DNA of 64,000 bases from an uncultured Bacteroidales bacterium (lineage in GTDB: Bacteria; Bacteroidota; Bacteroidia; Bacteroidales; UBA932): contig OZ007033.1 in assembly GCA_963931625.1 (NCBI GenBank), positions 524,881 through 588,880 on the forward strand, read 5' to 3'. Below the pieces are notes generated by a model that was not told the origin of the DNA, made no database searches, and worked only from the letters and a program-made list of their open reading frames with translations. Numbering within the stretch: the first letter of the stretch is position 1; every line of letters begins with the position of its first letter. Of the stretch, positions 19,444 through 28,713 are shown in pieces. Both the position numbers and the translations under genes were made by a program.

Positions 19444-20727
19444 CTACCTTTCTGCCGCGTCCCTGCTCGGCTTCGAGAGGAAAAGGGCGAATACGAGAAG
19501 GTATGCCAGGGCGACCACCAGCACCCAATAGCTGTTTACATAACCGAAGCTGTCCGAAACAGCACCCTGGATAAAAGGAAGGATTCCGCCGCCGCAGACC
19601 ATTGTCATGAAAAGGCCGGAAGCTATTGAAGTGTATTTTCCGAGACCTTCCACTGCAAGGTTGAATATTGCTCCCCACATGATGGAAGTGCAGAGTCCGC
19701 AGAGCACGAAGAACACCACGCCGAGAGGGATATCAACAAGGCTGAAGGAAAGGTTGGAGCTGAAGGCCGGGAACTTGACGAATGTTTCCGGAAGGAACAT
19801 TCCCACAAGAAGGAACACGATGGCCACAGAACTTACCGCAGTCAGCATGACCTTGCTGGATACCTTGCCTCCGAGAAGGCCTCCGAGAAGACGGCCGCAG
19901 AGCATGAGCAGCCAGTACATTCCCACGACGGTACCTGCCACACCTGCAGACATGCCGACATCAGGAGATGTCATATAGAGGTTCGCAATGTTAGGGATGC
20001 CCACTTCAATGCCCACATAGAGGAAGATGGCAATCACACCGAACACGAGATTCTTGTGCATAAGTGCCTTGGAAACGCTCGTCATCGTGCTTTCCTCCTC
20101 CTGCTTCGCAGCCTTGGCAGCTTCAAGTTCAGGTTCAGGAATCTGTGAGAACAGAATGATGACGAAAGCCAGCGCAAACACGCCCATCGCTATGAACAGG
20201 GCAGGATTGGCATCGCTGATGGCAGTATCGGCCGTAACTTCACCGATGAGATAGCCGACAAGCACAGGAACTATCGTGGCTGAAAGAGAATTCAGGGAAC
20301 CGCCGAACTGTATCAGCTGGTTGCCCCTGTTCCCGCCGCCGCCGAGAGTGTTGAGCATAGGGTTCACCACGGTGTTGAGCATACACATCGAGAATCCCGA
20401 AATGAACGCACCCGTAAGATATACGGCAAAGCTCTCCGCAACTCCGGAAAGGAACGATATTCCCACACCTATGAAACCTACCGCAACGGCTGCAAGGGAA
20501 GTCACCTTATATCCGTATTTCTTGAGGATGAATCCTGCAGGAAGCCCCATGAAGGCGTATGCAATGAAATTGGCAAGGTTGCCGAGCTGCGACATCGCGT
20601 TGGTGACTTCAAACTGGGATTTGACGATGATACCCATCGGGTTCTGGAGTCCTGTGACAAAAGATATCATCGCGAACAGGAAGAACATGATCGCGATGGC
20701 CAGGACATTGCTTTTTTTCTTAGACAT
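19444..20727 (-). CDS. MFS sugar transporter (FucP/GluP family), paralog of 16940-18199
   Basis: 12-TM pattern, QLGNLANFIAY, GIEVGI, SIMWGAIF, GGGILPFIQG. Confidence 0.87.
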   Translation of the reverse strand: MSKKKSNVLAIAIMFFLFAMISFVTGLQNPMGIIVKSQFEVTNAMSQLGNLANFIAYAFMGLPAGFILKKYGYKVTSLAAVAVGFIGVGISFLSGVAESFAVYLTGAFISGFSMCMLNTVVNPMLNTLGGGGNRGNQLIQFGGSLNSLSATIVPVLVGYLIGEVTADTAISDANPALFIAMGVFALAFVIILFSQIPEPELEAAKAAKQEEESTMTSVSKALMHKNLVFGVIAIFLYVGIEVGIPNIANLYMTSPDVGMSAGVAGTVVGMYWLLMLCGRLLGGLLGGKVSSKVMLTAVSSVAIVFLLVGMFLPETFVKFPAFSSNLSFSLVDIPLGVVFFVLCGLCTSIMWGAIFNLAVEGLGKYTSIASGLFMTMVCGGGILPFIQGAVSDSFGYVNSYWVLVVALAYLLVFALFLSKPSRDAAER

Positions 20728-20825
20728 TTTTCCAATGATTTATGTTAATAATTATAATGGTCACAAAAATCGTGTAAAGTTACAAATTTTTTAAAAAGTC
20801 CCGGAAAAATATCTCGATCATAACA

Positions 20826-20861
20826 AAAAAATAAAGCCGGTCCCCTCCCCAAGGAACCGGC
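20826..20861 (-). terminator. Intrinsic terminator of the candidate sRNA
   Basis: Minus strand GCCGGTTCCTT-GGGG-AGGGGACCGGC (11-bp stem, 2 G:U pairs), then TTTATTTTTTT. Confidence 0.8.
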
Positions 20862-20915
20862 CTGTATATAAAACGAACTTAACAAATAGACACGAAAAAA
20901 TTTTTTCTTATGTCC
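20826..20915 (-). ncRNA. Candidate small regulatory RNA (~90 nt)
   Basis: Bounded by a full consensus promoter (20920-20950) and an intrinsic terminator (20826-20861); no ATG-initiated ORF inside. Confidence 0.6.
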
Positions 20916-20919
20916 GATA

Positions 20920-20950
20920 CAAAGGTAATGATTAAAAACAACATTCCAAA
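20920..20950 (-). promoter_or_regulatory. Consensus Bacteroidota sigma-A promoter TTTG-N19-TACCTTTG
   Basis: Forward CAAAGGTA at 20920-27 and CAAA at 20947-50, exactly 19 nt apart. Confidence 0.75.
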
Positions 20951-21089
20951 TTTTTTGTAAAAAATTTTTATAAAAATGTCAAATATCCTTTAATTATCAT
21001 TCGGACAGAGTGCAAAATCAGCAAAATATATAAGAACACAGGCAGCATTTGCCGGGAAATCATCATTTTCCTTCCGGCGCATGCCCCCG

Positions 21090-23399
21090 TCATATTTCCA
21101 GACGCAGGGCGACACTCCAGCGGAAAGGCTTTGATGTCTGGAAAAAGTCATTCCCGACCGAACGGAAATAAAAGACCTCATATTCGGTGCAATTGATGTT
21201 ATCGGCACGGAACACAAGGGAGAACATCCTGAACGACAATGAGATGTCTGCACCCGCAGCAATATGGAACGGGGTGGAAAGCGTATTGGATTCATTCCAC
21301 CATATACGCCCTGCGCCGGAGGCATCAGCTGCCAGGGACAGGCTTCTCACCACACCTGAATTGAACGGAAAGCGGTATCCGGCACGGACATGCAGGGTAC
21401 TGGAAGGAGAATACGGAATCCTGTTGCCGCCCCAGTCGCCTGATCCGTCGTCATATTCCACAAACCTCGCATCAGTGAATCCGAACGAAAGAGAAGCATG
21501 AAAGCCCTTGAAGGCATAGTTTAGCCATGCCTCGGCCCCTATGCTTCTGGATCGGCCCACATTGGCCATCATCCGGCCTGTCGACTGCCCCGGAGGGAAG
21601 ACCGTCATCTGCTGGTCCCTGCATGCGATGTAGAATGCGGAAGCCGCTCCTTCTATCCTGTGTACCCCGGTCCTGCCTTGCAGGGAGAGGTCGAAATTGC
21701 CTCCGATCTCATGGTTGAAGCTGCTCTCCGGGCCATAGACCGTATTCTCGGCAGTCACTGCGCCGACGGATTCCGCACCGTTGCTGCCGCCTCCGGAAGG
21801 CATGACAGTCCCCATGGCATCGGCCATCATCCCTGCCGTCATCATGTTCTGGAGGATATCGGAAAAAATCTGGGTGTTGAATCCGCCGGCCCTGTATCCC
21901 TTTGAAGCCACGGCAAAAAGCCTCAGCCCTCCCAGACCGCCAAGGTCTCCGAAATCATACAGCACGGAAAGCTTGGGGATGAATTCAAAATGGCCGTCTG
22001 CGACCTTTCCGATATACTCCGTGCTGAACGGCCGGCCTTCAAAAAACGGGGACAGGGAATAATTCACAGCCGCCCTGCTGTCATAATCCATGCTGCTGCC
22101 TTCATAGTCAAGCCTCAGCCCTGCCGTGAACAGCCATTTTCCCACGGAAAAATACGATTCATGATATATGGCAGCATTCCACGACCGCAGGATGAAGTCA
22201 CTGCTGATGTCAAACATTCCGTCTGTTATGTCAAACTGCATCCTGAAAGGGATGGAAGGGTTCTGGAATACGGAATTGACATTGTCCTCGATGAGGGTGC
22301 GGATGCCGTCCTCCTTGAAGGTGACAGGGGCGGACATGGAATTGTGCCTGAAGAATCCGGTAATCCCGGTCTGCCAGTTCCACCACGATGTCCTCCATGA
22401 CTTTTCCGGCTTCAGGACAAGTTCCTGTGTGACCGCATGCTCATCCTGGGTCTGGCGGAGCGTGAACATCGAAGCCGGAGTGAAATCCTGGTCCAGCCTC
22501 ATGTCGTCCATGAGGAACTGCCAGCTCGTGACGGAGTTCAGAGAGAAATTTTCATGCAAGTACCTGAATATGAGTCCTTCGGTCACATTGAGCCTTTTGT
22601 ATGAAGAGGGATCATTGTAAGACACCGGATGCAGGACGCCGTCTTCAAGATGCCTGTAGGGCCAGCCACCCTGCGTGAGTGCAGATGCAGAAAGGATGTT
22701 CTCGAAAAAGAGTCCGGGAACAAGTTCCTTTTCCAGCCTCAGACGGAATGAAAGCGCATCTGAGGCATCACATTTTTCTCCGGTATATTCATTCGTATAA
22801 TATCCGTCCGTATGCCTGTAGCTGACCATGCCCCCTATCGCCAGTCCGCAGAGGGTCTTCCCGTATGCGGAAACCCCAGCCGAAACCGTATTGGCGGAGC
22901 CGTATTCGACATGTGCCCTGACTCCCTGGTAGAGCGACGGGGAAACCGTACCGACAGCCAGCACCCCGCACAGGGAATTCCGCCCGTAAAGCGTTCCCTG
23001 CGGCCCTCTCAGCAGGTCCAGCCTGCGTATGTCCATCATATCGAAATCGTAGCTGCTCTTGTTCAGGATCGGTATGCCGTCAATATAAAGGCCCATGACC
23101 GGATTGTCCATCCTTGACCCGAAACCTCTGAGATAAATGGTCGATGTCATGGACGAGCCATAGTCCGGAATGTTCAGATTCGGCACCAGGGAGGAAAGGT
23201 TCTTAGGACTTTCTATTCCGGCATCCTCAATGTCTTTCAGATACATCGTGGACACCGGCGAGGCCAGCATCTCCACCGGAAGCGGCTGTTTCACCGAAGT
23301 CACGAGCACAGAGCCGGACAATGTGTCAAGAATTGCATGATCCGCATCCGTGGCATTCTCAGATACAGGCAGCAATGACAGAAGCAATGTAAGCAGCAT
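21090..23399 (-). CDS. TonB-dependent outer-membrane receptor (non-SusC; micronutrient type)
   Basis: TonB-box-like DTLSGSVLVTS, plug PNLNIPDYGS...LRGPQGTLYGRN, beta-barrel, C-terminal LRLEI. Confidence 0.9.
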   Translation of the reverse strand: MLLTLLLSLLPVSENATDADHAILDTLSGSVLVTSVKQPLPVEMLASPVSTMYLKDIEDAGIESPKNLSSLVPNLNIPDYGSSMTSTIYLRGFGSRMDNPVMGLYIDGIPILNKSSYDFDMMDIRRLDLLRGPQGTLYGRNSLCGVLAVGTVSPSLYQGVRAHVEYGSANTVSAGVSAYGKTLCGLAIGGMVSYRHTDGYYTNEYTGEKCDASDALSFRLRLEKELVPGLFFENILSASALTQGGWPYRHLEDGVLHPVSYNDPSSYKRLNVTEGLIFRYLHENFSLNSVTSWQFLMDDMRLDQDFTPASMFTLRQTQDEHAVTQELVLKPEKSWRTSWWNWQTGITGFFRHNSMSAPVTFKEDGIRTLIEDNVNSVFQNPSIPFRMQFDITDGMFDISSDFILRSWNAAIYHESYFSVGKWLFTAGLRLDYEGSSMDYDSRAAVNYSLSPFFEGRPFSTEYIGKVADGHFEFIPKLSVLYDFGDLGGLGGLRLFAVASKGYRAGGFNTQIFSDILQNMMTAGMMADAMGTVMPSGGGSNGAESVGAVTAENTVYGPESSFNHEIGGNFDLSLQGRTGVHRIEGAASAFYIACRDQQMTVFPPGQSTGRMMANVGRSRSIGAEAWLNYAFKGFHASLSFGFTDARFVEYDDGSGDWGGNRIPYSPSSTLHVRAGYRFPFNSGVVRSLSLAADASGAGRIWWNESNTLSTPFHIAAGADISLSFRMFSLVFRADNINCTEYEVFYFRSVGNDFFQTSKPFRWSVALRLEI

Positions 23400-23424
23400 A
23401 ATATGTCCTTTTGGATAAAGGCTG

Positions 23425-23479
23425 CAAAATTACTTCTTGCCATGACAAGATTTTAGGACAATACATAGGCATTTTAGGA
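23425..23479 (-). promoter_or_regulatory. -7 box (TAATTTTG) plus tandem TCCTAAAAT direct repeats upstream of the TBDR
   Basis: Forward CAAAATTA at 23425-32; ATTTTAGGA at 23450-58 and 23471-79 (21-bp period). Confidence 0.55.
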
Positions 23480-23483
23480 TTTT

Positions 23484-24281
23484 TTATACATCACCTCTGA
23501 AATCAGTGGGAGTCAACCCCGTATGCCTTTTGAAGAAACGCGAGAAATAGGACTGGTCGTCAAAGCCTGCCGCAGCCGCCACATCTATCACCGGCATGCC
23601 TGTACGGCGCAGGAGATGTTTTGCAAGAGCGAGCCGGGAAAGGTCCACCCAGTCCCCTGCACTGCGTCCGGTACATCTTTTCACCGTCCTGTTCAGATGG
23701 TTCGGAGTGACCCCCAACCTCCGGGCATAACCGGACACGGCAATGATTCCGCAGCTCCTGTCAAACACCATATCCAGAAATCTGCTGCACAGGACATTGC
23801 GGACTGCAGGCCCGGTCATGAATGAATCCGCCAGCTCCAGGAACAGTCCGAGTGCCGACACTGCCAGTTTCCCGCTGCCGGCATCCTCCCCTGCCCTCAG
23901 AAGCCTTTCAAGAAGCCTTTCGACCAGCCCGGCATCACTCTCCGGAACCGTGACCTGTACGACCTGCCTGCTCTGGAGCACCCTGTAATTCATGTTGTCG
24001 AGAAAGGAATCCGGAAATGTCCCCATATATCCCGTGCTGCCGTCATAATATTTCACAGAGAACTCCGTCCCGCCAGGTATCACGAGCAACTCCCCTCCAT
24101 GAACAATGAAAGGCTCCGCCCCCGCATCCGCAAGCAGTTCTCCCCCGGAAAGATACAGAAAACATGTATTCTGTGTCACTGCAGCAGGAATCTGCGGAGC
24201 CATCCCATACCCGGCCGTATCCAGCCTCCTTACAACAAACCCGGCACCCATGTGCCCGTGCGGATTGTGAAAATCTGCCAT
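23484..24281 (-). CDS. AraC-family transcriptional regulator
   Basis: C-terminal double HTH: YARRLGVTPNHLNRTVK...AGFDDQSYFSRFFKRHTGLTPTDFR. Start 24281 preferred because a TAGCTTTG box sits at 24300-07 (ORF track starts at 24329). Confidence 0.88.
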   Translation of the reverse strand: MADFHNPHGHMGAGFVVRRLDTAGYGMAPQIPAAVTQNTCFLYLSGGELLADAGAEPFIVHGGELLVIPGGTEFSVKYYDGSTGYMGTFPDSFLDNMNYRVLQSRQVVQVTVPESDAGLVERLLERLLRAGEDAGSGKLAVSALGLFLELADSFMTGPAVRNVLCSRFLDMVFDRSCGIIAVSGYARRLGVTPNHLNRTVKRCTGRSAGDWVDLSRLALAKHLLRRTGMPVIDVAAAAGFDDQSYFSRFFKRHTGLTPTDFRGDV

Positions 24282-24348
24282 CTTATTCCCTTTTGCCGCC
24301 AAAGCTACGGAGGATTCGGTGAAATGCAATGAATCCGGGACAAATTCA

Positions 24349-26394
24349 TCATAGCGTCACCGATGTGGTCAGACGGATGTCGCGTGAGGAAGCACCGACA
24401 AGGATGTTGAAGATACCGGGCTCAACAGTGAAGCGATGGAGGTCCATATCATAATATGCAAAGGCCTCCGAATCAAGGATGAACTCGACACTCCTGGACT
24501 CTCCCGGCTCGAGATAAACCTTCTCATAACCCTTCAGTTCTTTCTCGGGACGAGGGACACTTGCCTTCTCATCGTTGACATAAAGCTGCACCACCTCGGC
24601 TCCGGCGCGTTTTCCTGTATTCTTCACGGAGGCAGTCACGCGCACCCTGCCGTCGGGGAGCTTCTCGGCTGCTATGTCCGAGAACTGGAAATCGGTGTAG
24701 GACAGGCCGTATCCGAACGGAAACAGAGGCTCGACACCGGAACGGTCATAGCCGCGGTAGCCAACGAACACGCCCTCAAAATAAGTCACGCGCTCGGGGC
24801 TGTTCCAGAGCCTTTCGGTGTTGCAATAGTAATTATTGAAGACAGGATTGTCCTCCAGCCGGCGCTCTATCGTAATCGGAAGACGGCCGCTCGGATTGAC
24901 CTTGCCTGCAAGAATCTCGGCTATCGCCTTGCCGCCGGCCTGCCCCGGATACCATGCCATGAGCACAGCCTTCGCTTTGGCCAAAACTGGATTGAAATCC
25001 ACACCTCCGCCGGCATTGACCACTACCACCAAATTCGGGTTTATCGATGCAAGGGAGTCTATTTCAGCTATCTGTGCCTCCGGCAATTCAAACGGTCTGT
25101 CGAACCCCTCTCCCTCCAGATGATGATTGAAACCGGCACAATATATCACCGCATCAGCCTTGGCCGCATCATCCGCGGACTTGTAGAACTCACCTACGCC
25201 CTCCGTCACGGAAATTGTATGGAACGGCTCCACAAAGCCGCTGCCGCCGCCAGTAGGGATATTGCCCGAATTCGGGCCGGTAACCATTACTTTTTTCACT
25301 TTTTTCGAAAACGGCAGGAAATTGTCCTCGTTCTCGAGCAGGACAATGGCTTCACGTGCCACATTCAGCGCCGTCAGGTCCGACTCAGGATTGTCCTCCG
25401 GAATGGAAGCGACCTTCTGCTCACGGTCCAGGAAGCCAAACTCTATGAGAGTCTGAAGTATATGCTGGCATTTCTCATCGATGGTCTTTTCCGTCACGGT
25501 ACCTGTCTCTATGGCCTTGCCGAGAGTATTCGGATTCATGAACTGGCCCCAAGACATCTCAAGGTCCAGTCCGTTGTTGGCGGCGCAGATGGATGAATAG
25601 GTAGCCGTCCAGTCCGACATGAAAATGCCTTCGAAACCCCATTCGTCTCGAAGCAAGTCTTTGATAAGAGCCTTGTTCTCAGTCGTGTGCAGTCCGTTCA
25701 CCAAATTGTAGCTCGACATCACGGCGCCCGTATGGGCCACCTGCACAGCCTTGCGGAAAGCCGGGAGATAGATTTCGTTCAGGGTACGCTCGTCTATGTC
25801 GGAAGAGCCGTTGTTGCGGTTATATTCCTGGTTGTTCCCGCAGAAATGCTTGATAGTCGACATCACCCCGGCCGACTGCATTCCCTCAATATATGCCACG
25901 GCAGTCTCGGAAGTCAGATACGGGTCCTCTCCATAATACTCGAAACTCCTTCCGCACTTCGGGAAACGGTAGATGTTCACCCCCGGCCCGAGCATGATAT
26001 GTACGCCGCGGGCACGGGCATCGTTCCCGAGAGACTTTCCGTAAGCATAGGCAAGCTCCCTGTTCCATGTGGCCGCAGTAGCCGCACCGCAAGGGTACAT
26101 CGTGCTTTTGGTATCATTCCTCACGCCCTGCGGACCGTCAGCCATGCGGATACGCGGAATGCCGAGTCTCGGGATTTCACGGATGTAAAACCCGTCGATG
26201 CCACCGATATACGAGAGTTTTTCCTCGAGTGTCATCTTGGACACGAGCTCAGCGGCCCGCTGTTTGGAAGCCTCGGAAATGACATGGGATTTCCCGTTGT
26301 CAGGGGTGTCCGGAGTTCCGGACAATGGCGACGCTGCGGACAGGGCCGCAGGGAAGATGATGGCCGATACGGCCAATGCAAAAAATCTGTTCAT
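24349..26394 (-). CDS. Glycoside hydrolase family 3 beta-glycosidase (beta-glucosidase/xylosidase type), secreted
   Basis: Signal peptide, MADGPQGVR, GRSFEYYGEDP, KHFCGNNQE, nucleophile FMSDW, FPFGYGLSYT, Fn3-like C-terminus. Confidence 0.93.
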   Translation of the reverse strand: MNRFFALAVSAIIFPAALSAASPLSGTPDTPDNGKSHVISEASKQRAAELVSKMTLEEKLSYIGGIDGFYIREIPRLGIPRIRMADGPQGVRNDTKSTMYPCGAATAATWNRELAYAYGKSLGNDARARGVHIMLGPGVNIYRFPKCGRSFEYYGEDPYLTSETAVAYIEGMQSAGVMSTIKHFCGNNQEYNRNNGSSDIDERTLNEIYLPAFRKAVQVAHTGAVMSSYNLVNGLHTTENKALIKDLLRDEWGFEGIFMSDWTATYSSICAANNGLDLEMSWGQFMNPNTLGKAIETGTVTEKTIDEKCQHILQTLIEFGFLDREQKVASIPEDNPESDLTALNVAREAIVLLENEDNFLPFSKKVKKVMVTGPNSGNIPTGGGSGFVEPFHTISVTEGVGEFYKSADDAAKADAVIYCAGFNHHLEGEGFDRPFELPEAQIAEIDSLASINPNLVVVVNAGGGVDFNPVLAKAKAVLMAWYPGQAGGKAIAEILAGKVNPSGRLPITIERRLEDNPVFNNYYCNTERLWNSPERVTYFEGVFVGYRGYDRSGVEPLFPFGYGLSYTDFQFSDIAAEKLPDGRVRVTASVKNTGKRAGAEVVQLYVNDEKASVPRPEKELKGYEKVYLEPGESRSVEFILDSEAFAYYDMDLHRFTVEPGIFNILVGASSRDIRLTTSVTL

Positions 26395-26419
26395 TTATTA
26401 TAATGTAAAATTGTTTATG

Positions 26420-28537
26420 TCATAAAACGATTTTCAATGTGCCGCCCTCGCGTACGATGTGACGCTGCGGCGATATGCCGAGCCCCGTGACGAAGACTTC
26501 AAGACTGCCGGAAGGAAGCCTGTGCACCGAAATGTCGAAATCCCGGCCGAATGCCTTGATATGGCGCAGGGCCATCCTGTCCCAGCCAGACGGCATGGAC
26601 GGGGTCATGTCGAACGAATCCAGCCCTGTCGGACGGATGCCGAAAATCCCCTCCGTGACTATGCGGCAGTAAAGCCCGCTCTCGGCGGAAAGATGCCTCT
26701 GCTCACCCTCAGGCCATGCCTCTATCATGTAAGGCACATGGTCGCCGAGAAGTCTCCGGACGGAAAAATCATGCATGAAGGCATAGGCCTCGTCGGGATA
26801 GCCTGCGCAGAAAAGTCCCCGCAGGGCATAAAGCGTGGACCTGTCCCAGAAAGTGCTGTCACCCTGGGCCGTCAGCAGCCCGTTCCGGGTCATCAGTTCC
26901 GGTCCTAGAAGCGCGGCAGCCGTTCCTTCACGATGATAGTCAAGCCCTACCACAAGCGGCAGACATATCCACGAACGCAGGACGTCGTTCCCTTCATAAT
27001 ACCTGTATGTCTCATACCCGGAAACCTCCGCCCCGAAATACTTCTCTATCGCAGTCTTCATCCGTCCGGCTTCGGCACGGCACTCCCTCGAGATGTCCCG
27101 TGGAAGCCCCATGGACTCAGCCAGATACGCCGCGGACAGCAATGCATCGTAATAGAGGCAGGAAGTGCTCAGATTCGCATCCCCGGCAGGGAAACGCCCC
27201 TCAAGTTCGTCAGTATCCGAAGCCACCACCCCGTCGGCCGTCTTCTGTCTGCGGCAATACTCCAGGCACCACTCTATCAAAGGCCACAGCTCCCGTGCAG
27301 TCTCCACCGAGCCGCGTGCCAGCGCATACCGGGACGCGCCGCAGGCTATCATCGCAGCGTCTCCCCTGTCACCGGCACCTGCCCAGATGTCATCACCCTC
27401 CGCTATTATCGAACTCGGTATCGGCCTGTAATCCTCATTCATGAAGCCGCCGAAAAGCCTGTATGAATTCTCGGCAGACAGGTTGCCCTTGCCATATCCG
27501 ACGAAAGGAAAGAACGGATTCACATACTCGCACTGGTCATTGGTCCACATGGCGGCATAGAACACTTCCCCGCCCGGAGCATGCATATAGCCGTTTTTCG
27601 TCCTGATGATGCTCTCGCACGCCCTCAGCTTCGAAAAATGGAATTCGGAGTTCAGGATGCTGTCGGGGGTTTCGAGTACGAGTGCCGGGGCAATGCTGTC
27701 GTCTATGAAAGACCGTCTGGCAGAATATTCCGCTCCGAAATCCGGGGCAATGACGCTGTCCGTCGTTTTCCCTGCCTGGAAAAAGACATCGAAGGAAATC
27801 CGTCCGCCTGGGGCAAGGTAATGATTGCCGGTACCGGCAATGCCTCCCCTTACGTAATAGCTCCCGTCCTTTCCCTTCGCGGGGTCGGTGACGTAACGGC
27901 AGCAATATTCCGGTATATTCACCTCGAAGGCCCTTTTCCCGATGTTCACAAGCTCGTAACGCTCGCAGGTCAGGAGTTTGCCGGACGACGGGAAGAAAGT
28001 CCGCACCATCTCTATCTCCGGCTCATATCCGGCCTTTCTGTCCGCCCCCGAGCGCGTCCAGCCGACATTCCACAGGCTTTTCACCGTCATAATCCCGTCG
28101 AAACGGACCTCCGTGACCTTTTCCCGGTCCAACGACATGCCCTCTACCGACAGGGTCGAAGGTATGTCCGCGGCAGTCCTCCACACCAGGCTGGCATGAG
28201 TGTCGTTCGGGATTCTCCTGAGTGTCGGGAAGACGAGGGAGCGTTCGCAGCGGAAAGCCCCGTCCGCATCTACTCCCCAGCGGAGCACCATGGATACTTT
28301 CTCGCCGGTCATCTCCACATGGTCGTAGTGCGGCACATCATCGGACGGTCTCCAGACTATGGTCCTGCCTCCGTCCGCAAGTGTCCAGCGGGTGGTTTTG
28401 GTCTCCGCAGAGGTTCCGTCCGGCCCGGTCTGCAATGCGGCAGTTCGGGTCCGTGACGGAGCCGCGGAGGAGGTCAGGACAAGGCAGAGGCTTGCCGACA
28501 GAATTATCAGCGTCTTTATTACAGTGTTTTTCTTCAT
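26420..28537 (-). CDS. Secreted six-hairpin (alpha/alpha)6 glycosidase-like protein, family unassigned
   Basis: Signal peptide; YAAMWTNDQCEY, DTDELEGRF, FWDRSTLYAL; C-terminal beta-domain GIRPTG...PSMPSGW typical of inverting GH barrels; PUL context. Confidence 0.65.
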   Translation of the reverse strand: MKKNTVIKTLIILSASLCLVLTSSAAPSRTRTAALQTGPDGTSAETKTTRWTLADGGRTIVWRPSDDVPHYDHVEMTGEKVSMVLRWGVDADGAFRCERSLVFPTLRRIPNDTHASLVWRTAADIPSTLSVEGMSLDREKVTEVRFDGIMTVKSLWNVGWTRSGADRKAGYEPEIEMVRTFFPSSGKLLTCERYELVNIGKRAFEVNIPEYCCRYVTDPAKGKDGSYYVRGGIAGTGNHYLAPGGRISFDVFFQAGKTTDSVIAPDFGAEYSARRSFIDDSIAPALVLETPDSILNSEFHFSKLRACESIIRTKNGYMHAPGGEVFYAAMWTNDQCEYVNPFFPFVGYGKGNLSAENSYRLFGGFMNEDYRPIPSSIIAEGDDIWAGAGDRGDAAMIACGASRYALARGSVETARELWPLIEWCLEYCRRQKTADGVVASDTDELEGRFPAGDANLSTSCLYYDALLSAAYLAESMGLPRDISRECRAEAGRMKTAIEKYFGAEVSGYETYRYYEGNDVLRSWICLPLVVGLDYHREGTAAALLGPELMTRNGLLTAQGDSTFWDRSTLYALRGLFCAGYPDEAYAFMHDFSVRRLLGDHVPYMIEAWPEGEQRHLSAESGLYCRIVTEGIFGIRPTGLDSFDMTPSMPSGWDRMALRHIKAFGRDFDISVHRLPSGSLEVFVTGLGISPQRHIVREGGTLKIVL

Positions 28538-28572
28538 CGCATTTTTGCTGGTTTTGCATCCTTAACGGAACA

Positions 28573-28699
28573 CGGCACCCGGAATTTTTCCGCCGCAGGA
28601 AAACAGCGGCGGGAATAAATTCCGGGTGCCGCTATTCCATCGATTATTGGCAAGGCATCACCGGCGTTTTCTGTCAATTCATGACAGGAATATCGCCGG
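28573..28699. repeat. Two consecutive intergenic stem-loops
   Basis: CGGCACCCGGAATTTTTCCGCCGC...GCGGCGGGAATAAATTCCGGGTGCCG (28573-28631, ~24-bp stem) and CCGGCGTTTTCTGTCA...TGACAGGAATATCGCCGG (28661-28699). Confidence 0.75.
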
Positions 28700-28713
28700 G
28701 TACCGCTGCTTTG

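Noticed and set aside
23400-23483. TPP or cobalamin riboswitch ahead of the TonB receptor
   Set aside because: Only about 25 nt lie between the -7 box and the ATG, and no aptamer consensus is present.
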